NCBI GenBank assembly: GCA_004556985.1
Contig: SFFC01000003.1
Location: forward strand, 1-59,106
DNA from: Clostridiales bacterium
GTDB taxonomy: Bacteria; Bacillota; Clostridia; Christensenellales; Aristaeellaceae
Direction of reading: 5' to 3'
Length of the DNA stretch: 59,106 nt
The notes beneath the pieces were generated by a model. The model saw only the letters and a list, made by a program, of their open reading frames with translations, did not search any database and was not told the origin of the DNA. Made by a program: the position numbers and the translations under genes. Below are positions 1 to 9,016 of this stretch, one piece after another. Position 1 is the stretch's first letter. The number at the start of each line of letters is the position of its first letter.

Positions 1-453
1 CACGAGCAGCACAATGAGATCGCACAGAAACAGCTCATGCAGAAACCAGAGCGGCCCGATGCCGGTCAGGCAGAGCAAGAGATAGCGGACGAAGCCGGGT
101 ATCGGCGCGTCGCCGAAGAGTGTCGGCGTGTATTGCAGCGTGACAAAGCCGCCAATCCAGCCGACCAGGAAGATGCCGGCGATGGAGGGGAGCAGCACGC
201 GGCGCAGCTTCGCGCGCAGGAAGGCCTTGCCGCCCTTGCGCTCGAGTGCATAGCGCGCGCCGGCGCCCGCAATCGCAAAGAGCGCCGTCATGAACCAGGG
301 ATAAACGAAGGCGAGCAGCGTATCAAACGCCGGAATGCCCGCGATGTCGACGTTGCGGATGACGCCGACGCTGTTGAGCAGATAGAATGCATGATAGACG
401 ATCACCAGCAGCACGAGGCTGCCGCGCGCGTTATCCAGAAACGGCTTTCTCAC
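1..453 (-). CDS. Acyltransferase family 3-like membrane protein, N-terminal part (gene continues past window start)
   Basis: Absent from the ORF track because it runs off the edge. My minus-strand translation from GTG(453) reads VRKPFLDNARGSLVLLVIVYHAFYLLNSVG..YPWFMTALFAIAGAGARYALERKG..LLPSIAGIFLVGWIGGF. It is hydrophobic and typical of acyltransferase_3 N-termini. The start overlaps the upstream stop (GTGA). Confidence 0.65.
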   Translation of the reverse strand, partial: MRKPFLDNARGSLVLLVIVYHAFYLLNSVGVIRNVDIAGIPAFDTLLAFVYPWFMTALFAIAGAGARYALERKGGKAFLRAKLRRVLLPSIAGIFLVGWIGGFVTLQYTPTLFGDAPIPGFVRYLLLCLTGIGPLWFLHELFLCDLIVLLV

Positions 454-890
454 GGCATTTCCTCCTTTTCCCGAAGCGCGCTGCGGATGGCCTCCGCCAG
501 CGCGAGCAGGTCGCCCTCGCGAACCAGCGCGAGGCCCTGCGCCTCGTCCCCCATGACGACGAGCGTGTCGCCCGGCTGAATGCCGAAGACCCGGCGCGCC
601 TTCTGCGGGATGACGATCTGCCCCTTGTCGCCGACGCGCACGACGCCGAAGAGATGCTTGCCCCGCGGCGGGATGGGCAGGCCCATCGACGGCGGCGCGC
701 TGACCAGGTCGTCCAGGGAGACGCCGTAGAGCTCGGCCAGCAGGCGGCTGCGCTCCACATCCGGCAGCGTCTCTCCGGTTTCCCACTTGGCCAGCGCCTG
801 GCGCGAGACGCCGACGCGCTCGGCAGCCTGCTCCTGCGTCAGGCGCGACAGACGGCGCAGGGCCAGCAGGTTTTCGCTGAATGTACTCAC
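450..890 (-). CDS. XRE-family HTH regulator fused to an AbrB/SpoVT-like domain
   Basis: ORF 450..899. HTH segment LSRLTQEQAAERVGVSRQALAKWETGETLPDVERSRLLAELYGVSLDDL, then an AbrB-like segment VVRVGDKGQIVIPQKARRVFGIQPGDTLVVMGD. GTG at 890 is preferred over GTG at 899 because GGAG lies 9 nt upstream and an extended -10 TGCTACAAT sits at 919-927 (minus). Confidence 0.85.
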   Translation of the reverse strand: MSTFSENLLALRRLSRLTQEQAAERVGVSRQALAKWETGETLPDVERSRLLAELYGVSLDDLVSAPPSMGLPIPPRGKHLFGVVRVGDKGQIVIPQKARRVFGIQPGDTLVVMGDEAQGLALVREGDLLALAEAIRSALREKEEMP

Positions 891-1071
891 TTTTCTCACT
901 CCTGTCAGGTTTTGTTACATTGTAGCAGAAACGTATGGCGCTGAACAGCAAGCGAAGAGGACAAATGGGGGCAAAAAAGTGCGTTTTCGTTGCGCAGGGA
1001 AGCGAACGAAAACGCACGGGAAGGAAATCGACGGGGTTCATCATTCCCCGGATGCTTCCGGGGCGGGCCGA

Positions 1072-2694
1072 TTATTCGCCTTCCAGGAGCAGCTGGAGAA
1101 CCTCCGGCGGGAGCGCCTGCATCAGATGCTCCATGCGCGCCGTCAGCGCGGCTTCGGCCCCGGCCATCAGCGCGTCCATCTCATCGGAAGAGACGGTCTC
1201 CAGCGCGAGCACCTGGAGCGCGGCGTCGGCATCGAACGCGCGCGTATAAAGGCGCATCCGGTATCCGCAGGAATCGATGCCCTCGTCCGGCATGGAGATG
1301 GCATAGACGAATTCGCTGACCGGGCCGTCGGCTGTGGGCTGGGTCTGCTGGGTTACGGAGAAGCTGGCGGGGATCATGAGGTCGCCCGCGTACGTTTCCA
1401 GCGCGCCGGAGAAATCCTGCGTCTCGCCGCCGTCGGCGGTCTGCTGCAGCGTGCCATCCATCGTCATGACGACGTTCATGGCGTCAGCGCCGTCCGCGAT
1501 GCTGTATGAGTAGGCATAGTCGAGGGTCAGGCCGCTCTGACCGTCCCCGGTCGTGACGGTCGCCGTCGTGGAGTCGGCCTGGGCCGCGGCGATGACTTCG
1601 CCGTCGTCATAGAGCTCCATGCCGAAGGAGAGGACGGTCTCGCCGGGGCGCTCGGGGTTGGCGTCGCAGTTCATGGCAAAGGCAATGCCATCCGTGTAGT
1701 CTTGCTCCTCGTCAAGCAGCAGCGCGTCGCCCCAGAGGCAGAAGGCGCCTTCCGCGCTTCCCGGCTCGAGGCACAGGTCGACGGTGAAGGCCTCCTCGCC
1801 GGTTCCGCTCTCGCCGTACAGGCTCAGGTAGACGAAGCCGCCCATCTCGTCCTGCCCCAGGAAGAGCGTCAGGTATTCCTCCGCATCGCGGAGCTCGGAG
1901 GCGGCGCTGCGGAGCGCTGCACAGAGCCCGGCTGTGCTCGTTTCAAGGTCGGCGAGCAGCCCGTCGAGAATCGGGGCAAGGGCTTCATCCGTTTCGAGCT
2001 GCGCGGCCAGCGCATCAATCAGCATGGCGATATCCGCGTCCGTGCAGCTGATGATGAGCTCTTGCGCGACGGCGGGATAGTCGCCCTCAGCGGGCACATC
2101 CTCGCGCAGCTCCATCGGCAGACCGGCGACGAAATCCGCGAGGATCTGCCCATAGGGCGCGAGCACGGCGCCAAGCGGCTCGAGCAGGGCAAGCTTCTGG
2201 TCGGCGGGCAGGGAGACGAAGGTCATGAGCGCGGAGATCTCCTCGTCGCTCAGGCCGCAGAGGGCGAGCAGGGTTTCCCACTTCGCCGTGACAACCTGCC
2301 CCTCGATGAGATTGCTATGAAGCGCCGCGCCCTCGCTGGTCAGGCTGAGCACAGCGTTCAGGTCGATCGGGCCGGATCCGGCGTCATAGGCGGCCGCCAG
2401 CTCCAGACGCAGCCCGTCGTCGAGCCGGCAGACGCCGGCCGTGAGCGTCACGGCGTCAAGTACCTGGGAGATCGCGTCCAGCTGCGCAAGCGCCGCGGGG
2501 TCGTCGGTGATCCCGTCGGCAAAGGCGGCAAAGACCTGGAGGTCGAGCAGGATGGTGTCACCGGCCTCATAGGCCTGAGAGAAGAGCGCGGATGTGATCC
2601 CGCCCGAAACATACGGCGGCTCGTCGGCCACAGACGCAGAGAATGTCCATACGAGGCAGACGGAAAGAAGCAGCGCGAGAAGCATCTTTTTCAT
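1072..2694 (-). CDS. Secreted acidic protein of unknown function
   Basis: ORF 1072..2814 trimmed to ATG 2694 (AAGGGGGG RBS upstream). Signal peptide MKKMLLALLLSVCLVWTFSASVA. The remainder is Asp/Glu/Ala/Leu-rich with no domain I recognise. Confidence 0.7.
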   Translation of the reverse strand: MKKMLLALLLSVCLVWTFSASVADEPPYVSGGITSALFSQAYEAGDTILLDLQVFAAFADGITDDPAALAQLDAISQVLDAVTLTAGVCRLDDGLRLELAAAYDAGSGPIDLNAVLSLTSEGAALHSNLIEGQVVTAKWETLLALCGLSDEEISALMTFVSLPADQKLALLEPLGAVLAPYGQILADFVAGLPMELREDVPAEGDYPAVAQELIISCTDADIAMLIDALAAQLETDEALAPILDGLLADLETSTAGLCAALRSAASELRDAEEYLTLFLGQDEMGGFVYLSLYGESGTGEEAFTVDLCLEPGSAEGAFCLWGDALLLDEEQDYTDGIAFAMNCDANPERPGETVLSFGMELYDDGEVIAAAQADSTTATVTTGDGQSGLTLDYAYSYSIADGADAMNVVMTMDGTLQQTADGGETQDFSGALETYAGDLMIPASFSVTQQTQPTADGPVSEFVYAISMPDEGIDSCGYRMRLYTRAFDADAALQVLALETVSSDEMDALMAGAEAALTARMEHLMQALPPEVLQLLLEGE

Positions 2695-2901
2695 GCGTAA
2701 CCCCCCTTGTGTTCGTGCTCTGCTTCCATTATATCGGATGCAGCGGGGAACGTCAACGGATCGGGGGGCGGTTGCACGGGATTTATAATATATCGATAAC
2801 TTTTTAAAGCACATTCCCCGCGGAAGCAGTCCGCAGGCGGGCGGATGTCCGGCCTTTGACGGATCGGGCGCGAAAAAACCAATTTATTTTAAAGAGATAC
2901 C

Positions 2902-2930
2902 TTGACAGATGAGGTATATTGATGTATGCT
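2902..2930 (+). promoter_or_regulatory. Sigma-A type promoter of the padR operon
   Basis: TTGACA (2902-2907), 17-nt spacer, TATGCT (2925-2930). This places the transcript start after the track ATG at 2926 and supports ATG 2953 as the padR start. Confidence 0.5.
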
Positions 2931-2952
2931 CTATGTCGTCGGAGGTGATGAG

Positions 2953-3321
2953 ATGCTCAATTCATCGGATATCCTTCGCGGCTATACGGACACGATCATC
3001 CTTGCGCAGCTTGCGGGCGGCGACAGCTACGGCTATGTCATCAGCAAGAACGTGCAGGAGATCACCCGCGGCGAGCTTTCGCTCAAGGAGGCGACGCTGT
3101 ATACCACGTTCCGAAGGCTGGAGAGCGCGGGCGTCATTGAGTCGTATTGGGGAAACGAAAACGCGGGCGCGCGCAGGCGGTATTACCACCTGACGGACGC
3201 GGGCCGCAAGCTGTATGAAGAAAATCTCGAGGACTGGCGCAGATACCGCGCCGTGATTTCCAAGCTGGTAGGATTGGAGGAGCAGCCAAATGATGAACAA
3301 ACGGATTCGCATCATGATTGA
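2953..3321 (+). CDS. PadR family transcriptional regulator
   Basis: ORF 2926..3321. ILRGYTDTIILAQLAGGDSYGYVISKNVQEITRGELSLKEATLYTTFRRLESAGVIESYW..RRRYYHLTDAGRKL is the canonical PadR winged-helix pattern. GGAGGTGA RBS at 2941-2948. Confidence 0.9.
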   Translation: MLNSSDILRGYTDTIILAQLAGGDSYGYVISKNVQEITRGELSLKEATLYTTFRRLESAGVIESYWGNENAGARRRYYHLTDAGRKLYEENLEDWRRYRAVISKLVGLEEQPNDEQTDSHHD

Positions 3322-5134
3322 CGAGATCTTTGCCGAGATGAAGATGACCCCTGAAAACCTTGCGCTGCGCGACGAGCTGATGGCCAACGCGCAGGCGCGC
3401 TACGAGGACGCTGTCGCGCAGGGCAGGACGGAGGAGGAGGCCTTCGCAGAGGTCGCCTCTTCGCTGGGCGACGTGCAGTCGCTGCTCAGCGAGATGAACG
3501 CCGCGCCGGAGGCAGAGGAGGCTGAAAGCGAGGCGCAGGCGGAGCGGCCCGAAGAGGAGGCGGCTGAGCCGGAGCAGGCCGGTGAGGCCAGGGCGCAGGA
3601 TGCTCCCGCGCAGGAGCCCTTTGACCTGGAGAACACGCTCAACAAGGCGTTTGCCGCGCTGGGCGACTTTGGCCGCAGTGTGATGCCGCAGGCGAAGAAG
3701 CTGGTCAAGGACGTCGACCAGGCGACGGGCGGCATGATCCGCGACGTGGGCCGCGCGGTCAACCGCGGCATGCGCGACGCGCAGAAGGCGGCGGGCGAGG
3801 CCATCGACCGCAGGAACCGCGCCGCGCAGGACGACGCGCAGACGGCGGACTGGACGCCGGCGCAGGAAACGGCCGGGGCGAACGGCCGCAGCGCGGAATT
3901 GCTTCGCAATGAGGCGGCGGATCTTCGCGCGCAGGCGGCGCTCAAGGAGGCCAGCGGCGACGCGGAGAATGCGCGCGCGATGGTCGCGCAAGCCGAGGCG
4001 CTCGAGGCCCAGGCAGAGTCCGCCTCCCAGGCGGAGTCCGCCTCCCAGGCAGAGGCTGCCGCGCAGGAGGCCGCGATGGAGGAGGCCCGGCGTCTGGCCG
4101 AGCAGGCGGCTGCGGCTGACGCGCCGCTGGAGACGCCGGAGCAGGGCGAAGAAGGCGAGAGCCGCCTGAAGCAGGCGGTTGAGGATGTCGTACGGGATGT
4201 GGACGGCGCCGTCGACACCTTCACCCGCGAGGCCGAAAAGCTCGCCGAGGAGGCAAGAAAGCTGGCCGGCGAGGGAGAACCCATCCGCCGCAGCGCGCAG
4301 GAGCCCGTAACGCCGGTGGAAAACATGTGCCTGACCCGGCGCTTCCCGGTGGCGGGGCTGCGCAGCATCGACATCCAGCTCGACGCGGACGACGTGCTCA
4401 TCGAGCCGGCCGACGATCTGGAGATCGAGGTCCGCTGGGAGGCCGAAAAGGCGTTGAGCGTGCCGGATGTGCGGATGGAGTCACATGCCCTGGTCATCCG
4501 GCGGACGAATCCCGACGTCTTCAAGACGTTCTTCTCGGTCTTCAAGAAGGACGGTGGGCAGATTGTCGTGCGCGTGCCGCGCGGCTACGCGGCGGATTAC
4601 ACCGTGAAGACCACCTCGGGCGACATCGTGATGCGCGATGTCGACGCAGACGACGTGACCGTCGGCTCGACCTCGGGCAACGTGCGCGTCGAGCCGGAGG
4701 CGGCCGTGCGCGCCCGCAAGATCAGCGTGAACACGGTCTCCGGCAACGCGACCGTCAGCGCCCGGGCGGAGGAGATCGACGTGAATACGGTCTCCGGCAG
4801 GCAGTTCGTCTCCTGCGATGCGGGCAAGGCGGACATCAACGCCGTCTCCGGCAGCGTCCATCTGGAGGGCGCCTGCGACGAGTGGGAGGCCAACAGCGTC
4901 TCCGGCGAGATCGAGCTGCTCTGCACGCTCGTGCCGGCCCGCAAGATCGAGCTGAGCACGATCTCTGGCAGCGTCCGCGTGGCGCTCCCGGGGGATATCC
5001 GCGGCTTTGTCGCCGATATCAGCGGCATGAGGGGCAGCATCGTCAACGAATTCGGCCCCAACCGCTACGGCACCTGTGCGCTGCCCATCCACATGGATAC
5101 GATGAGCGGCAGGCTGACCATCACGCGGCTGTGA
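3290..5134 (+). CDS. PadR-associated protein: N-terminal helical (DUF1700-like) segment, long Ala/Glu/Gln linker, C-terminal DUF4097 beta-repeat domain
   Basis: GGAGG lies 9 nt upstream and the gene overlaps the padR end. The C-terminus has repeated strand units (VNTVSGNATVSA, VNTVSGRQFVS, INAVSGSVHLEG, ANSVSGEIELL, LSTISGSVRVAL) typical of DUF4097. No TM segment seen. Confidence 0.85.
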   Translation: MMNKRIRIMIDEIFAEMKMTPENLALRDELMANAQARYEDAVAQGRTEEEAFAEVASSLGDVQSLLSEMNAAPEAEEAESEAQAERPEEEAAEPEQAGEARAQDAPAQEPFDLENTLNKAFAALGDFGRSVMPQAKKLVKDVDQATGGMIRDVGRAVNRGMRDAQKAAGEAIDRRNRAAQDDAQTADWTPAQETAGANGRSAELLRNEAADLRAQAALKEASGDAENARAMVAQAEALEAQAESASQAESASQAEAAAQEAAMEEARRLAEQAAAADAPLETPEQGEEGESRLKQAVEDVVRDVDGAVDTFTREAEKLAEEARKLAGEGEPIRRSAQEPVTPVENMCLTRRFPVAGLRSIDIQLDADDVLIEPADDLEIEVRWEAEKALSVPDVRMESHALVIRRTNPDVFKTFFSVFKKDGGQIVVRVPRGYAADYTVKTTSGDIVMRDVDADDVTVGSTSGNVRVEPEAAVRARKISVNTVSGNATVSARAEEIDVNTVSGRQFVSCDAGKADINAVSGSVHLEGACDEWEANSVSGEIELLCTLVPARKIELSTISGSVRVALPGDIRGFVADISGMRGSIVNEFGPNRYGTCALPIHMDTMSGRLTITRL

Positions 5135-5159
5135 GCCCGCAGAAAAGGAGCAAGGAAGA

Positions 5160-5351
5160 ATGGAACAGGTCAAGCAACTGCTGGATATCGTCTTTGGCAG
5201 CCGGCTGGTCGTCTCGGGCAAAGGGCGCACGTTCGCGAAGCTGCCGATGTGGGTCGCCGTGCTGGGCGGGCTGTGCAGCCTGCACCTCGTCCTGGTGACG
5301 GTGCTGCTGATGGTGGCCTTCGGCATGCGCGCCGAGATTGTCAAGGCGTAA
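5160..5351 (+). CDS. Small membrane protein (DUF4342-like), paralog of the next gene
   Basis: AAAGGAG RBS. 63 aa with one hydrophobic span (LPMWVAVLGGLCSLHLVLVTVLLMVAF) and a C-terminal GMRAEIVKA motif that matches GMRVEKDA of the next ORF. Confidence 0.6.
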   Translation: MEQVKQLLDIVFGSRLVVSGKGRTFAKLPMWVAVLGGLCSLHLVLVTVLLMVAFGMRAEIVKA

Positions 5352-5363
5352 GGAGGGAGAACC

Positions 5364-5585
5364 ATGGATTTTGAAGCCATCAAGGAAAATCTGCTGTCGG
5401 CGTTTCGCCAGCTGCTCGTGCTCCGGCTGATCGTCACCTCGCCCAGCGAGAAGGTCGCCGATCTGCCCGCGCTCTATGTCCTTATCGCCGTGCTGATTGC
5501 GCCCTGGGTCTGCCTGGCGCTGCTGGTGCTGGGGTTCCTGGGCCGCTACGGCATGCGGGTGGAAAAGGACGCCGCAAAGGTCTGA
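5364..5585 (+). CDS. Small membrane protein (DUF4342-like), paralog of the previous gene
   Basis: AGGAGGG RBS. 73 aa with hydrophobic span LPALYVLIAVLIAPWVCLALLVLGFL. Same layout as 5160..5351. Confidence 0.6.
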   Translation: MDFEAIKENLLSAFRQLLVLRLIVTSPSEKVADLPALYVLIAVLIAPWVCLALLVLGFLGRYGMRVEKDAAKV

Positions 5586-5749
5586 GCGGCAGGCCGGGAA
5601 GCAGGCTTCCCGATTGAGTCATGATCACGTGCGGTCCGTCTGCAAGGCGGGCCGCTCTTTGGTACTGAGCCGTGCGGCGCAGGGGGCCCCTGACGGCCCC
5701 GAAGCGCAGCTTTGGCAGTATCCCGCATGCGGATGGACGGCGGTTTGCG

Positions 5750-5778
5750 TTGCATTTTGAAGCGGAATGTGCTAGACT
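5750..5778 (+). promoter_or_regulatory. Candidate promoter of the tetR gene
   Basis: TTGCAT (5750-5755), 17-nt spacer, TAGACT (5773-5778), about 30 nt upstream of ATG 5810. Confidence 0.4.
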
Positions 5779-5809
5779 CGATCTGATCAAACAAGAGGAG
5801 ACATGCATT

Positions 5810-6388
5810 ATGCCGGAAAGCACGCGCAGCGCCATCATCCGCGCGACCATCCTGCTGTTCAACCAGTATGGGCCGATGGTGCCCATGAGCAAGATCAGCG
5901 AGCACGCGGGGGTCGCGGCCGGAACGCCGTTCCGCTATTTCCGCACAAAGGAGGAGCTGCTCGCCGCCGCCTACGTTCAGGCGCACGAGAACACGCTGCG
6001 CTGCTCGCCGCAGGAGAGCATCGAGGGCATGGATGCCGAGCATGTCGTCAAGAGCATCGTGCGCACGATTATGAAGTGGTCGGCGCTGTGCCCGCAAGAT
6101 CTCGAATACATGCGCAAATACGAGGATGCCGTCTGCTACGACTGCTTTTCCGAGCGCTTCTCCGAGACGCTGTATGTGGGCATCATCCGGGATATGAACA
6201 TCTGGCCGCTGCTCAAGGACGCCGTGCGCTCCGACCTGCCCGAGCCGCTGCTCAACCGGCTCATCTCCTTCAACTGCTCGGTGTATTCGCGCTATGTGAC
6301 GCATCTGGGGCTCTCCCCCGAGGACGAGGCATTCCGCCGACTCTCCGACGCGACTGCCGATTCCATCTGGAACAGTATCCGCGCGTGA
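5810..6388 (+). CDS. TetR/AcrR family transcriptional regulator
   Basis: ORF 5672..6388 trimmed to ATG 5810 (AAGAGGAG RBS at 5792-5799). TetR HTH pattern: RSAIIRATILLFNQYGPMVPMSKISEHAGVAAGTPFRYFRTKEELL. Confidence 0.9.
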   Translation: MPESTRSAIIRATILLFNQYGPMVPMSKISEHAGVAAGTPFRYFRTKEELLAAAYVQAHENTLRCSPQESIEGMDAEHVVKSIVRTIMKWSALCPQDLEYMRKYEDAVCYDCFSERFSETLYVGIIRDMNIWPLLKDAVRSDLPEPLLNRLISFNCSVYSRYVTHLGLSPEDEAFRRLSDATADSIWNSIRA

Positions 6389-6468
6389 GAGGAGAGCTGT
6401 CCGCCGCAGGGCCGCATCCGGGGGCGTGGAGCGCCGCTTCGGAAAAAAATAATTTTCAGACGATCTGC

Positions 6469-6503
6469 GCTGCGCAGCCCGGCTTCGGCTGCGCAGCGTT
6501 TGT
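6469..6503 (+). terminator. Intrinsic terminator after tetR
   Basis: 11-bp perfect stem GCTGCGCAGCC / GGCTGCGCAGC with a short loop, followed by GTTTGT. Confidence 0.5.
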
Positions 6504-6554
6504 CGATTCGGCGCAAATTTCAAAAAGAATCTGACCTGAATTGGCGAAAGGCGC

Positions 6555-6583
6555 TTGCATCCTCTGGGGAAGAGTGATATGAT
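6555..6583 (+). promoter_or_regulatory. Promoter of the flavoprotein reductase gene
   Basis: TTGCAT (6555-6560), 17-nt spacer, TATGAT (6578-6583). Confidence 0.55.
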
Positions 6584-6593
6584 ATTGTCAGGG

Positions 6594-6613
6594 ATGAGTG
6601 AATGCTCACTCAT
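6594..6613. promoter_or_regulatory. Perfect inverted repeat, candidate TetR operator
   Basis: ATGAGTGA-ATGC-TCACTCAT (8-bp arms, 4-bp centre). It lies 11 nt downstream of the -10 and upstream of the RBS of gene 6638. Confidence 0.55.
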
Positions 6614-6637
6614 TAACGACCAAAGGAGGAAGAAACG

Positions 6638-8938
6638 ATGAAGAAATGGTTGGCTCTCATGCTGATCTGCCTGCTGGCGCTGCCCGTTCTGGGCGCGGCG
6701 GAGACGTTTGAGGGGGCGTCATCCGGCTTCGGCGGCGAGGTCAAGGTGACGCTCAGCGTGGAGGACGGAAGAATCGTCGAGGCGTCCGTCGAGGGCGCGG
6801 GCGAGACGGCCGGCATCGGCGCGGCGGCCCTGGAGCCGCTGGCTGCGCAGCTGGTCGCTGCGGGCAGCGCGGAAATCGAGGGCGTCTCCGGCGCGACGGT
6901 GACCTCCACCGCCGTGAAGGAGGCCGCTGCGGCGGCGCTGGCGCAGGCAAACGGCGGCGAGGCCGCGCAGGCCACGCTGGCCGACGGTACCTATACCGCC
7001 GAGCGCTACGGCTTTGACATGGCCGTCAGCGACAAGGTGATCGTGACCGTCGAGGGTGGCAGGATCGCGTCCATCGCTTACGGCGAGGGCTGCGGCGACA
7101 CCCCGCCGATGCTCGACACCGTGGAGCGCACGCTCTTCCCGCGCATCCTCGAGGCGCAGTCCGTGGGCGTCGATGCGGCGTCCGGCGCGACGGTGACCAG
7201 CAACGCCGTGAAGGCGGCTGTGGCCGACTGCCTCGAGCAGGCGCTCGTCGCCGCGGGCTGCGACGCCTCTGCGATTGCGGCGTACAAGACCGTGCCCGAG
7301 AAGAAGGGCGGCGAGCAGGAGCTCACCACGCAGATTCTCGTTGTGGGCATGGGCGGCTCCGGCACCTACACCGCGCTGCGCGCGCAGGAGTCCGGCGCGC
7401 AGGTGCTGGCGATCGACAAGCAGGCGCGCTATGGCGGCACCACGGCGCTGACCTCCGAAATCGAATCCATCAACCCGCCGCGCATCAAGGAGCTCTACAA
7501 CAATGGCGAGGACTTCTGCGATGCGGACGCCATGTATCAGGCCTGGCTTGACTACGTGGAGGGCGACGCGAAGGTCGAGCTGGTCGACCTGTTCTTTGAA
7601 AACTGCGGCCCGGCGCTCGACTGGCTGGCGCTCGATCACGGTGCGCAGTTTGACATGAAGCCGCAGGCCGGCTTCACCGAGGCGGACGTCTACAAGGTCA
7701 AGTTCCAGTGGCTGCCGAACTACGACGAGCGCAATCCCTACGCCCCGACCTACGGCTACAACAAGGCCGAGATCGCGACGTATTTCGACCGCCTGATCGA
7801 GGATTACACGGCGCTGGGCGGACAGTACATGCTGGAAACCGAGGCCTATGACCTGATCGTCGAGGACGGCAAGGTTGTTGGCGTCAAGGCGAGAAATCTG
7901 GCCGACGGCACCGAGTACACCATCCGCGCCGACGCGGTCGTGCTGGCGACGGGCGGCTTCCTCGGCTCCCCGGAGATGACCGAAACCTACCTGAGCGACG
8001 CGTATTTCCCGCTCAAGGGCGCCTGGAAGATCTACGGCACCTACGGCAACGACGGCAAGATGCTCAAGAGCGCCATCGAGAACGGTGCGGCGACCTACAA
8101 CATCGGCATGCCGCCCGAGGTGCATATGTCCGGCACGGTCGACTTCCTGCCGGCGCATGAGTACGGCTACGACATCAACGTGCTCGAGGGCACGCTGGAC
8201 TTCAACACCGGCCGCGAGAGCATCTGGACCGTGGCGGATCTGCCGCTGGTCATGGGCGTCTCCGCGAACAGCCTGGCCGTGGGCATGGACGGCAAGCGCT
8301 TCACCTCTGAGACCGGCATCGCCATGCTCGATCCTTGGATTGCCGGCCCGAACTACTTCAGCATCTGGTCCTCCGAGCAGATCGACGGCATCGTGGCCGA
8401 GGGTCTCAAGGTGGACGTCGTCGGCCCGGCGGTCGGCTTCCTCGGCCATCGCGGCTCCATCCCGTCCGGCATCCCGCTGGCGCAGGCGTATGACGTGATG
8501 GAGGACGCTATCGAGCGCGGCATCGTCGTGCGGGCGGATTCCATCGAGGAGCTGGCAGCGCAGATCGGCCTCGATCCGGCGGCGCTGACGCAGACCGTGG
8601 CGGCCTACAACGGCTACTGCGAGAGCGGCGTGGACGCGGAATTCGGCAAGGATGCGGCGCTGCTTGAGAAGATCGGCGAGGGCCCGTACTACGCCATCCG
8701 CATGGCGAGCTACAGCTACAACACCGTCGCCGGCCTGGATATCAACACGAGCTTCCAGGTGCTCGGCACCGACGGCAACGCTATCGAGGGCCTCTTCGCG
8801 GTCGGCAGCGACAGCGCGGGCGTGCTCTTCTCCGAGAAGAAGCCGTATGTGACCTTCGGCGGCGCGAACAACGGCTGGGCGCTGACCTCCGGCTACGTCG
8901 GCGGCGAGATCATCGCCAACATGGTCAACGGCAAGTAA
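6638..8938 (+). CDS. Secreted flavoprotein reductase: signal peptide, two FMN_bind domains and an FAD-dependent fumarate/urocanate-reductase-like domain
   Basis: AAAGGAGG RBS. Signal peptide MKKWLALMLICLLALPVLGAAE. Two FMN_bind motifs (EGVSGATVTSTAVK and DAASGATVTSNAVK). FAD dinucleotide motif ILVVGMGGSGTYTALRAQESG. C-terminal GLFAVGSDS. Confidence 0.9.
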   Translation: MKKWLALMLICLLALPVLGAAETFEGASSGFGGEVKVTLSVEDGRIVEASVEGAGETAGIGAAALEPLAAQLVAAGSAEIEGVSGATVTSTAVKEAAAAALAQANGGEAAQATLADGTYTAERYGFDMAVSDKVIVTVEGGRIASIAYGEGCGDTPPMLDTVERTLFPRILEAQSVGVDAASGATVTSNAVKAAVADCLEQALVAAGCDASAIAAYKTVPEKKGGEQELTTQILVVGMGGSGTYTALRAQESGAQVLAIDKQARYGGTTALTSEIESINPPRIKELYNNGEDFCDADAMYQAWLDYVEGDAKVELVDLFFENCGPALDWLALDHGAQFDMKPQAGFTEADVYKVKFQWLPNYDERNPYAPTYGYNKAEIATYFDRLIEDYTALGGQYMLETEAYDLIVEDGKVVGVKARNLADGTEYTIRADAVVLATGGFLGSPEMTETYLSDAYFPLKGAWKIYGTYGNDGKMLKSAIENGAATYNIGMPPEVHMSGTVDFLPAHEYGYDINVLEGTLDFNTGRESIWTVADLPLVMGVSANSLAVGMDGKRFTSETGIAMLDPWIAGPNYFSIWSSEQIDGIVAEGLKVDVVGPAVGFLGHRGSIPSGIPLAQAYDVMEDAIERGIVVRADSIEELAAQIGLDPAALTQTVAAYNGYCESGVDAEFGKDAALLEKIGEGPYYAIRMASYSYNTVAGLDINTSFQVLGTDGNAIEGLFAVGSDSAGVLFSEKKPYVTFGGANNGWALTSGYVGGEIIANMVNGK

Positions 8939-8980
8939 GCCGGGATCAGGCGCTTTGCGCACGGAACTGAATACGTGCTT

Positions 8981-9016
8981 GAGGGCCTTCCCCGCCGGGG
9001 AGGGCCCTCTCTTTGT
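8981..9016 (+). terminator. Intrinsic terminator
   Basis: 13-bp stem GAGGGCCTTCCCC / GGGGAGGGCCCTC (one wobble), 3-nt loop, then TCTTTGT. Confidence 0.6.

Noticed and set aside
37-579. Plus-strand ORF of 180 aa at the left edge.
   Set aside because: It lies opposite the acyltransferase and XRE genes, has a low-complexity Arg/Ala/Glu composition, and has no RBS.
4017-4050. Short tandem nucleotide repeats encoding ESASQ-AESASQ, plus similar TAQP repeats at about 13050-13075 and AEPE repeats at about 15470-15510.
   Set aside because: These are in-frame low-complexity linker duplications inside genes. They are not CRISPR arrays or independent repeat elements.
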